A stretch of 62,294 nt of DNA, filler included, from Actinomycetota bacterium (GTDB taxonomy: Bacteria; Actinomycetota; Acidimicrobiia; Spongiisociales; UBA4744), in NCBI GenBank assembly GCA_013152275.1. It is 5 parts of 5 records of this genome, joined end to end, with 100 filler letters (N's around TTAATTAATTAA, not from the genome) between each part and the next. Parts side by side here need not be neighbours in the genome. Positions count along the whole stretch, not along the records: positions 29,783 to 51,450 come from JAADGS010000078.1; positions 51,551 to 54,972 come from JAADGS010000095.1; positions 55,073 to 58,942 come from JAADGS010000001.1; positions 59,043 to 62,294 come from JAADGS010000094.1; 1 more part is not named here. One strand, 5' to 3'. Below are positions 51,218 to 59,689 of the stretch, in pieces; position 1 is the first letter of the stretch, and each line of letters begins with the position of its first letter. The notes beneath the pieces are model-generated. The model saw only the letters and a list, made by a program, of their open reading frames with translations, made no database searches and was not told the DNA's origin. Made by a program: the position numbers and the translations under genes.

Positions 51218-51275
51218 CTTGAAACGTTTTAGGTGGTACTTGAAACGTTTTAGTCGACAATTGCCACAGTGTCAA
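51218..51275 (-). promoter_or_regulatory. Promoter TTGACA-N17-TAAAAC with two LacI-type operators
   Basis: CTTGAAACGTTTTAG at 51218-51232 and 51239-51253 (palindromic AAACGTTT core); the distal copy overlaps the -10. Confidence 0.8.
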
Positions 51276-51450
51276 ACAGGTTCTTCGGGAACGAGAGGGG
51301 TCCGGTGATCCGCGGGATGCGACGGGGACCCCGCCAATCCGATGGTGTGCTACGCCTTCAAGACGGAGGACGTCCGTCTGTGGAAACGACCCTCGTCCGC
51401 GTGGGCGGGCTGCTCGTCGGCCGGCCGCCGGCGGTGTGCCGGGTGTTGAC

Positions 51451-51550
51451 NNNNNNNNNNNNNNNNNNNNNNNNNNNNNNNNNNNNNNNNNNNNTTAATT
51501 AATTAANNNNNNNNNNNNNNNNNNNNNNNNNNNNNNNNNNNNNNNNNNNN
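51451..51550. other. Artificial contig linker
   Basis: N44-TTAATTAATTAA-N44. Confidence 0.98.
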
Positions 51551-51675
51551 ACCGGTTTGTGCGCAACACCTACAAGGTGAGTGGCAACGCCAAGCCGTTC
51601 CGTTGGGGATACGACCTGGTCACCATCGAGGTGTGGCAGAGCCACGGTCAAGACCAAGACGGCACGTTCCGCTAA
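51551..51675 (+). CDS. C-terminal fragment of a gene, possibly a parallel beta-helix protein
   Basis: RFVRNTYKVSGNAKPFRWGYDLVTIEVWQSHGQDQDGTFR*. Confidence 0.5.
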
Positions 51676-51982
51676 GACGAACCATCACACACGACACACC
51701 AGGGTCTCCCAGCAGAGACTGACACCCGACAACCGCCACAGCGCTACTTCGAGGGGAGTGCGGGTACCGTCTGCGGTCGGGCGGGGCACTCGCGGTATCC
51801 ACGTGCAGAGGCATCGGACGCATGCGGGGCGGCGGTCGGACACGGATGGAGAAGGCCAGTCCGGGCTCCAGACCGAGGGTCCGGTCAGGGGCCCTTCGCT
51901 GCTGCGATCCGATACCCGGCGACCGGGTGAGATCAGGCGTAGTAGCCTCTCATACCGCTGGGTACTCGAATCCGGGGGGAAA

Positions 51983-53776
51983 ATGAGTGGCTACTTGGCT
52001 TCTTGGTTTGCGGCGCGTGTGGCTCGACATCCCGAGTCCGATCCTGTCGACACGCCGGGGAAGGGGCCTGATGTATCCGATCTCGGCTGCCGGCTCGGTC
52101 TGCTGTGGGTAAGGATTCGCAGATCGTATTCGAGCCTTGTCGCCAGTGAGGCAGGAGTCACGGTCCTTCTCCATGGGGAGGTCTACGGGCCTTCCGGTGC
52201 CCGCACTGCCGAGGGTCTCCTTGAAGCGTATCTTCGATACGGACCGAGTGTCGCCCGATCGCTGAATGGGTCATTCGCCCTTCTGGTACTCGACAATCGG
52301 CTGGGAGGCCTCCTGGTGATCACCGACCGCGTGAACTCTCACAAGGTCTTCTTGAGCGAGGATGACGGCGGTTGGTGGCTGTCGACTTCTCTGTATCGCC
52401 ACCCTGGGGAACGACGAAGGCTCGACCCGGCCGGCATCGCATCGGTGCTCGCCTGCGGAGCGGCCCACGGTGGGCTCACTCCATTCGAAGGCGTACGTGT
52501 TCTGGAACCTGCCGCAGTGCACAGCTTCACCGAACGTGGGCACCGCTCCGAGTCATACTGGGATTACGAATCCGTGGCGCAGTCCGGGTCGGTTCGCGAA
52601 TCGGATCTCAGAGGCGGTCTGGCCGATGCATTGCGATCAAGCGTGGAGCGTCGGATCCCGTCCGGCCAAGGCAAGCTGTTCGTGTCGCTGTCGGGGGGAT
52701 ACGACTCGAGGAGCATCGCCGGTTTCCTGTCGGAGGCCATCGACGACCGAGAGCGACTCCAGATCTTCACCTATCATCACGGCCCGCAGGTGGGAGATAC
52801 CGATTTCGGCACCGCCTCGGGCACGGCCATCTCGTTGGGCGTACATCACCAGAGGATGGAAGGCTACAAAGGCGACCTCCCCTCCGTCCTCGAGGCCAAC
52901 TCCTCGTTCGGCCAGGGGATGGCCAATTTCTGCACCGAAATAGGTGTCTGGCAGAGCTTGGGGCCCTCGATGGCAGAGAGCGACGAGAATCTGCTCTTCG
53001 TCGGCGACAGGTTTCCGCTCGCCTCGCCGCGAAGCGAAGACGGCGCGGCTCTGCTGGCGCAGGCCGACGTGTTCCCGGTCTCCACGATCGAGTGGCTCCT
53101 GAAGGGGCTCGGTTCCTCCAGTGCATCCGCTTTGGGGAATGGCTGGCGGGCGGCCTACGAGGGGCTCTTGGCGAAGATCCCGTCCGGCCAAGATGTGTTC
53201 GACAGTCTTCATCGCGTCAAGCTCGAACATAGGACGGACACGATCATGCTGTGGCGCGAGTGCTTTCAGACGCCCTACGTTCGTGTCGCAAACCCGTATT
53301 TCGACAATGAAGTGCTGGACTTCATGAGCCAAGTTCCTGCCCGGTCACGTAAGAGGTTGTACCGGGATGCGATCACGGCGGCTCTGCCGAGTCTCTTCCG
53401 GGAACCGACCGTCGATGGCGGGTGGAATCCTCCGGATTGGCCGCGAGAGCTTCGCCATCATGCGGCATCCATCCGCAACGCGGTGGTGTCGGTGCCCAGC
53501 CGGCTCGACGAGCTGATCCCGCCCGATGTCATTCTCCGTCTCCTCAAGGCCACTTCGGGAGTTTCGGCCACCGGAAGCGACGAGGCGGTCGCCACATTGA
53601 GGAGCCTTACGAAACGTTTGACGCTTGTCCGTCAGATGGTGCGGGCAGTCAAGCCGAGGGTGCGGCGTTCGGTGCCCATTCGGAGATCTCGACACCAAGT
53701 CCTCCTGGATCTCCTGACGCTTCGAGGTTTCCTCTCCGAAACGTTGCCGCGGTCGGTGGCGGCCGGTCGGCCATAG
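51983..53776 (+). CDS. Asparagine-synthase-related protein
   Basis: Ntn-like LLHGEVY, LNGSFA, TDRV; PP-loop SLSGGYDSR; NPYFDNEVLDF. Confidence 0.85.
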   Translation: MSGYLASWFAARVARHPESDPVDTPGKGPDVSDLGCRLGLLWVRIRRSYSSLVASEAGVTVLLHGEVYGPSGARTAEGLLEAYLRYGPSVARSLNGSFALLVLDNRLGGLLVITDRVNSHKVFLSEDDGGWWLSTSLYRHPGERRRLDPAGIASVLACGAAHGGLTPFEGVRVLEPAAVHSFTERGHRSESYWDYESVAQSGSVRESDLRGGLADALRSSVERRIPSGQGKLFVSLSGGYDSRSIAGFLSEAIDDRERLQIFTYHHGPQVGDTDFGTASGTAISLGVHHQRMEGYKGDLPSVLEANSSFGQGMANFCTEIGVWQSLGPSMAESDENLLFVGDRFPLASPRSEDGAALLAQADVFPVSTIEWLLKGLGSSSASALGNGWRAAYEGLLAKIPSGQDVFDSLHRVKLEHRTDTIMLWRECFQTPYVRVANPYFDNEVLDFMSQVPARSRKRLYRDAITAALPSLFREPTVDGGWNPPDWPRELRHHAASIRNAVVSVPSRLDELIPPDVILRLLKATSGVSATGSDEAVATLRSLTKRLTLVRQMVRAVKPRVRRSVPIRRSRHQVLLDLLTLRGFLSETLPRSVAAGRP

Positions 53777-54475
53777 AGGGTCGTCGGCAACGCGCCCGGG
53801 TCGGGTACCGGGACTTCGTGTCACGCCGGAGAAGTGAACCGGAGGCTCCTCGATGACGTCGCCACGAAGACGGTCCGAAGTGATCGCCACGATTGACGAA
53901 CTTCACCTTCTCGACCCATCGATCTCGACGTGTTCCCCACGTGGCGGCCGCGGACGCGGGCTCCTCCGACTACCGGCGCGTCGGTGCCGGTCGGCAGTTC
54001 GGAGAGGACCCGTCCGTCACCGGACCCAGGGCTCGTCACACGCTGCTCCTCCTGCCACCGACCTTCGGTATTCGGTCGGCACCGAGTGTCCGGCATTCAC
54101 CCGTCGCCGACACTGCACGATGTGTTGACGGCTCCCCGATGTCACTCGAGAGGCGGGGAGATTCGGGGAGCAGATCCGGGGAGTCTCGATGAGCGCGGGT
54201 CACGTCTGGCGCGTGGGAATGCTCTCGGGACGGATCGGCTGCCGATGTTCTGCGGGTCACCTGTCAGTCGTTGACCTGTACGAACCGGCGGGCCATCTGC
54301 CGTCGGGCCAATCGGTAGTGGGTGTCTCGTGATGTCTGTCGGCTCGCCGGTCGCCGCATGCACAAGCGCGCCCCGAGATTTCTCCTAAAGGTGTCTCCCG
54401 GCAGGGCCGATGTCATCAGAAGCGGGTTGGGAGTCGCAATGGGGAGGATTCGTGGCGGTTCTTCAGAGGTTGAGC

Positions 54476-54972
54476 ATGGCGCTCGTCGTCGTGGTCACGA
54501 TGGCGCTGACGCTGCCAGTCGTGATGGTCGGGGGAGAACGAACCCATGACCGTGCGATCGCGGCGTCAGAGCAGATCGAAGACATCGTCCGAACATCTGG
54601 ATCACAGAGTGTTCTGACGACAGAGGGAACCACAGACGGCGGACTCGACTGTGGTGACGGTCGAGAGGCGGGACTCGACGCGTGCGCAGCCGGTGCTTCA
54701 GGTTCCACGATGTCGATCTCCAGTACCCCGACATCCGCGATGGCGATCTCCGACACCTCGACATCCGCGATGGCGATCTCCGACACCTCGACATCGACGG
54801 AGGCAACCACCACGATCGCCGCCTCCGGCACCACTCGCCCTCCTGGCTCCACAACGAGCTCAACCAGCGCCGGCGGATCGTCGTCGACGACGTCGACGAC
54901 GGAGGGTGTGTCGGTTACGTCGACGTCGGTTGCGGTGGTTGGTTCGGGGTATTCGTTGTCGTGGTCGACGCA
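54476..54972 (+). CDS. Secreted or membrane-anchored Ser/Thr-rich protein, N-terminal part; start uncertain
   Basis: Hydrophobic ALVVVVTMALTLPVVMVG, then a Ser/Thr linker with a 30-bp tandem repeat (TSAMAISDTS x2); cut by contig end. Confidence 0.5.
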
Positions 54973-55072
54973 NNNNNNNNNNNNNNNNNNNNNNNNNNNN
55001 NNNNNNNNNNNNNNNNTTAATTAATTAANNNNNNNNNNNNNNNNNNNNNNNNNNNNNNNNNNNNNNNNNNNN
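54973..55072. other. Artificial contig linker
   Basis: N44-TTAATTAATTAA-N44. Confidence 0.98.
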
Positions 55073-55139
55073 TGCGTGACGATTCGGGGTCTTGTTGATC
55101 TTCGGTGGAGACCCTGCCGTAGAACGCGAACCGCATCAC
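55073..55139 (-). CDS. Second large serine recombinase, first 22 codons (cut by contig end)
   Basis: MRFAFYGRVSTEDQQDPESSR, nearly identical in DNA to 57233 onward. Confidence 0.85.
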
Positions 55140-55333
55140 GAAACCGAGCGTACCGCAGAAGCGACCGTGCATGCGACATTCGCCCCGGCATGCTGCTTCG
55201 CTGCGCGTAGCAGGATGCGCAGCAGCACCTCGGCTGCAGCCTCGTTGAGAATCGGAGGTCCCGCAGCGTCAATCACGACCCTGGTCGGTGTCCTCGCTAG
55301 CTGGCCGATACCTATCTCGGGAGTCGCTTCCAT
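55136..55333 (-). CDS. 65-aa recombinase-associated small protein, copy 2
   Basis: 43/65 residues identical to 57039-57236; same GTGATG overlap with the recombinase start. Confidence 0.75.
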   Translation of the reverse strand: MEATPEIGIGQLARTPTRVVIDAAGPPILNEAAAEVLLRILLRAAKQHAGANVACTVASAVRSVS

Positions 55334-55469
55334 ACCCCGCAGGTTGCGGCAGAACCCTGTCAGCAGAATGCCCGACACCCTGTCACCCCCGGCCGGCTGA
55401 TCGGCACCGCCCTTGCGTGTCCGCCCGAGACACCGGTGGGGCGGTGGGGGAGTGGCCGGATCGAAAAGA

Positions 55470-56831
55470 TGTTCATTCCGGGGAGATCGGTGACAGATCG
55501 TTCCGGACACATGTGTGACAGTGTTCCGGGGAGATGTGTGACACCACCGAGTTGATTGCTGCATGCTGGCCTTCGAGCTTCGGTTTGGAGGTTGGCGGTG
55601 GCTTTGAAGGTGGTGACGATGGCAGAGTTACGTTTAGAAGTGTTGATGGAGGCCGAGCGCACCGGGTTGACGGTGACCGAGATCTGTAAGAGATACGGGA
55701 TCTCCCGCCAGACGTATTACCGGTATCGACGCCGGTATCTCGCCGAGGGCCTCCCCGGGTTGCAGGACCGGTCCCGCCGCATCCTGCGAACCAGATCCCA
55801 GCCGAGTTGGAGGTGCGGATCGTTCAGATGCGTAAGGGTCATCCCCGCTGGGGGGCACGACGTATCGGTGCCGAACTGACCCGCGCCGGTGTCGATGCGC
55901 CTGTCGTGTCGACGATTCATCAGGTGCTGGTCCGTAACGGCCTCATCGCTGCCCGACCACCGCGCCGTCGCAAAGCGAACAAACGGTTCGAGCGGGACAT
56001 CGCGAACGATCTGTGGCAGATCGACGCCACCCGTATCGTCCTTGCCGATAACGCCGAGGTGTGGGTCGTTGACGTGATCGATGACCACTCCCGCTACCTC
56101 CTCGCTGCCCTCGCCGGGCCGGCTGCGACCGGGGATCTGGCATGGGACGCCTTCGAGATCGCCGCTTCACGTTACGGGCTGCCCCGCCAAGTGCTCTCAG
56201 ACAACGGCCTGATCTTCACCGGAAGACTCCACGGCACCGAAGTCGCCTTCGAAGTGTCACTCAAAGAGTTGGGGGTCGAGCTGATCAACTCGGCGCCCTA
56301 TCACCCCCAAACGCTCGGGAAACTCGAACGGTTCCACCGCACCGTCAAGGAATGGCTCACCGACCAAGGCCCCCCAGAGACCCTCGAGGATCTCCAAGAA
56401 CTCCTAGACGGGTTCCGGTTCCACTACAACCGGCGCCGACCCCACCAAGGCATCGCAGACGCCACACCCGCAGAACGCTACGGCGTCGCCCCCACCGACC
56501 CCGATCCGATCCGGCTACCTGGTCCCGACGAGATGACCGAACCGACCTACCCGCCCGACGCCTACGTTCGCAAAGTCGGTGCAACCGGCAACATCGGCTG
56601 GCGAGGCAAACTCATCCACGTCGGAATCCGCTACGCCCGAGCCCACGTGCGGGTCATCGAAGTCGACCGGCTCACCCACATCTACCACGGTGACGCCCTC
56701 ATCCGGGCCCTCACCATCAACCCCGACCGGTACTACCAACCCAAACAACGACGACGACAACCCCCACGACGACGAAGAAGTGTCACATAAGATCCAAGTA
56801 CAAGGTGTCACACATCACCCCGGTACAAACA
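55470..56831 (+). mobile_element. IS481-family insertion sequence
   Basis: TGT...ACA ends; imperfect 26-bp terminal IRs (20/26 match); internal repeated ...GTGACA sites at both ends; no target duplication. Confidence 0.88.
55598..56790 (+). pseudogene. IS481 DDE transposase with a frameshift near 55780
   Basis: HTH VTEICKRYGISRQTYYRY...GLQDRSRR, then frame change to HPANQIPAELEVRI...HPRWG, WQID, LSDNG, GKLERFHRT. Confidence 0.88.
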
Positions 56832-57038
56832 GCTCATTGACGAGAACAACCCCAACCCTGTTACCAGAGTGTTATCAGAGTGTCCGTAACCCTTTCAACC
56901 GGATCTTTTCGGCCCGGCTGCTCCCCCACCGCACCTCGCCCGTTTCGTGGCAACGCGAGACGGTGACGCTGACGAGTCGGCGGGCCGCGACAGGGTGTTT
57001 GGCATTCTGCTGAAAGGGTCGCATCGCATCCTGCCGGT

Positions 57039-57236
57039 ATGGAAGCGACTCCCGAGACGAGTATCGGCCGGCTGGCGAACGAGCAGGCCAACGTCGTCAT
57101 CGACGCCACCGGTCCCCCGGTTCTCAACGAGGCTGCAGCTGTGGTGCTACTCCGTATCCTGCTGCACGCCGCTGAGCGCGACGGTATGACGAATGTCGCA
57201 CACTCTGCCGCTTCTGCGGTACGCTCGGATTCGTGA
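57039..57236 (+). CDS. 65-aa recombinase-associated small protein, copy 1
   Basis: GPPVLNEAAAVVLLRILL core conserved between copies; stop overlaps the recombinase start. Confidence 0.75.
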   Translation: MEATPETSIGRLANEQANVVIDATGPPVLNEAAAVVLLRILLHAAERDGMTNVAHSAASAVRSDS

Positions 57237-58876
57237 TGCGGTTCGCGTTCTACGGCAGGGTCTCCACCGAAGACCAACAAGACCCCGAATCGTCACGCAA
57301 CTGGCAGCTCGCCCGGTCCCGCCAACTCATCGAACCCGACGGTGAGATCGTCGCCGAGTTCTTCGACATCGGCCAGTCCCGTTCCCTGCCCTGGTCACGT
57401 CGCCCCGAAGCCTCACGGCTCCTTCAGGTTCTCGCCGATCCTGACCGCGGGTTCGAAGCGGTGGTGATCGGGGAACCGCAACGGGCGTTCTATGGCAACC
57501 AGTTCGGTCTCACCTTCCCCGTGTTTGTCCACTACGGGGTCGGCCTGTGGGTCCCAGAGGTTGGTGGTGCGGTCGACCCGGGCTCAGATGCGCACGAGAT
57601 CGTCATGAACCTCTACGGAGGGATGAGCAAAGGTGAACGCAACCGCATCAAAACCAGAGTCCGCACCGCGATGGCCGCCCAAGCCGCCATCGAAGGCCGA
57701 TTCTTGGGTGGTCGGCCACCCTACGGCTACCAACTCGTCGACGCCGGCCCGCACCCCAATCCTGCCAAAGCGGCGGCCGGCCAGACGTCAAGGAAGCTCG
57801 AGCCCAACCTGCTCACGGCGCCTGTCGTCGAGCGTATCTTCAGCCAGTTCCTAGCCGGCAAGGGGATTCATGCCATCGCCCGCGATCTCACCGCCGAAGA
57901 CATCCCGTGTCCCTCGGCCGCCGACCCTGCGCGCAACCGTCACCGACTGACCGGCAGCTCAGCCTGGCAGCCGACTGCTGTGCGAGCCATTCTCGACAAT
58001 CCCCGCTACACCGGATATCAGGTGTGGAACCGGCAGCGACGTGACGAGGTTCTCATCAATGTGCATGACGTCGGCCTGGGTCACGAGACCCGCATGCGCC
58101 GTAACGATCCGACCGAATGGATCTGGTCGAACGAACCGCCCCATGAGCCTCTCATCACCCGTCAGCAATACGACGAAGTCCAGGAGCGGTTCCGCAAGAA
58201 CCGACGTACTTCTACCCGCCAACCCAAAACGGGGAGGCGTTACCTGCTGGCCGGCCGTATACGCTGCGGCCAGTGTGGCCGGCGTATGGAAGGTGCCTGG
58301 AACCACGACCGTCCCTACTACCGCTGCCAGGTCCACCGCAACGACAAGGTCGATCGCAATGGGCATGCCGCCACGATCTATGTGAGGGAAGAAGCGTTAC
58401 TTCCCGGCCTGGACGAATGGCTCGGAGAACTCTTCGACACCGGACACCTCGACGACACATGCCGGGCCCTCGCTGAAGCCGCCCAACCCGATCCCGACGA
58501 CGAAGCCCGACACGACAAGATCCGGAAACGGATCACCAAGCTCGACCGTGAACTCGACGGCTACCGCAGCATCGTCCGCAACGAACCCGAAGCAGCAGCA
58601 ACCGTGGGACGCTGGATTGCTGAGACCACTCAGGAACGCCGGCGCCTCGAAACATTCCTCGGCGTCAGAGCGTCCACCCGACTCACCAAAGACGACATCA
58701 AAGCTCTGGTGGCCAGCCTGCGAGACATCACCGCGACACTCGCTGACGCAGACCCCACAGACAAAGCCGCCGTCTACGAAGAGATGGGAATCGACGTCAC
58801 CTACCACCAAGACGGCCAGGTTCTCGTCGAGTCCAGACCCCGTGTAGTTAGCGATGGTGTCGGAGGGGGGACTTGA
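57233..58876 (+). CDS. Large serine recombinase (integrase)
   Basis: Catalytic YGRVST, GGRPPYGY, ILDNPRYTG, HEPLI, Zn ribbon CGQCGRRM...YYRC, coiled coil. Confidence 0.96.
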   Translation: MMRFAFYGRVSTEDQQDPESSRNWQLARSRQLIEPDGEIVAEFFDIGQSRSLPWSRRPEASRLLQVLADPDRGFEAVVIGEPQRAFYGNQFGLTFPVFVHYGVGLWVPEVGGAVDPGSDAHEIVMNLYGGMSKGERNRIKTRVRTAMAAQAAIEGRFLGGRPPYGYQLVDAGPHPNPAKAAAGQTSRKLEPNLLTAPVVERIFSQFLAGKGIHAIARDLTAEDIPCPSAADPARNRHRLTGSSAWQPTAVRAILDNPRYTGYQVWNRQRRDEVLINVHDVGLGHETRMRRNDPTEWIWSNEPPHEPLITRQQYDEVQERFRKNRRTSTRQPKTGRRYLLAGRIRCGQCGRRMEGAWNHDRPYYRCQVHRNDKVDRNGHAATIYVREEALLPGLDEWLGELFDTGHLDDTCRALAEAAQPDPDDEARHDKIRKRITKLDRELDGYRSIVRNEPEAAATVGRWIAETTQERRRLETFLGVRASTRLTKDDIKALVASLRDITATLADADPTDKAAVYEEMGIDVTYHQDGQVLVESRPRVVSDGVGGGT

Positions 58877-58942
58877 ACCCCCACGTCCTATTCGGACACT
58901 AGGCCCTCAACCTAGCGCGTCTGCCTATTCCGCCACTCCGAC
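58855..58942 (-). tRNA. tRNA-Leu(GAG) with encoded CCA
   Basis: GTCGGAG/CTCCGAC acceptor stem, CTAGG-TTGAGGG-CCTAG anticodon arm, long variable arm, GGGGG-TTCAAGT-CCCCC T arm, ACCA. Confidence 0.97.
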
Positions 58943-59042
58943 NNNNNNNNNNNNNNNNNNNNNNNNNNNNNNNNNNNNNNNNNNNNTTAATTAATTAANN
59001 NNNNNNNNNNNNNNNNNNNNNNNNNNNNNNNNNNNNNNNNNN
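58943..59042. other. Artificial contig linker
   Basis: N44-TTAATTAATTAA-N44. Confidence 0.98.
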
Positions 59043-59173
59043 TGACGGCCGCGATCCGATTCACGACCGTGACACCGGCCTCCGCGTCGCGATTGCGTAC
59101 AGACACCCCCGAATCACACACGCACGTGCAACACGTTGCGGCCGGTCAACTGGTTGACCGGGGAGGTGGCCTG

Positions 59174-59686
59174 ATGGCACTCGACGGGGGGACACTGGCG
59201 AAGGTCGATCGGCGGATCTTTGCCGAGCTCGGACAGGTCGCGGCGACCCAGGCGGTCAAGATTCCGTTGTCGGATGCCGCGTGGTCAACGTGGCGGCGCT
59301 ACTGCCAGGCGATCGGGCTGACGATGGGGAAAGCTGTCGCTGGCCTGATCATCCACGAGCTCCAGAACGTGGTTGTTGAACACACCGACAGAGATGATGG
59401 AGTGCGAGCAGGACGACGCGAGGAGGAACTCGCTGCACGCGAATCGCGACTCGCGACCCGGGAGCGGGACCTCGCGGCGACCGAGGAGTGCGCCCTCGAA
59501 TTGACGACTCGGTTGGGCACCTGGGAGCGAGCGCTGCAAGCGCGAGAGCGGGGGCTCGATCCTGCTTCCCAGCAGATCGCCCAATCCGCGCCGGCGGGTC
59601 GGAAGATCGGCCGCAACGAACGCTGCCCCTGCGGATCGGGTCTCGAGTACAAGCACTGCCACGGCCTCGCTGGGCTCCGTGCGTAG
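59174..59686 (+). CDS. SEC-C motif protein with a coiled coil and an RHH-like N-terminus
   Basis: GGGAGG RBS; C-terminal KIGRNERCPCGSGLEYKHCHG. Confidence 0.85.
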   Translation: MALDGGTLAKVDRRIFAELGQVAATQAVKIPLSDAAWSTWRRYCQAIGLTMGKAVAGLIIHELQNVVVEHTDRDDGVRAGRREEELAARESRLATRERDLAATEECALELTTRLGTWERALQARERGLDPASQQIAQSAPAGRKIGRNERCPCGSGLEYKHCHGLAGLRA

Positions 59687-59689
59687 CGG

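Noticed and set aside
51983..54400. Lasso-peptide cluster around the Asn-synthase-like gene
   Set aside because: No precursor, RRE or B-protease on this contig; the transglutaminase-like gene is on another contig.
55760..55810. Programmed frameshift in the IS481 transposase
   Set aside because: No slippery sequence, and the linker looks shortened, which fits a small deletion.
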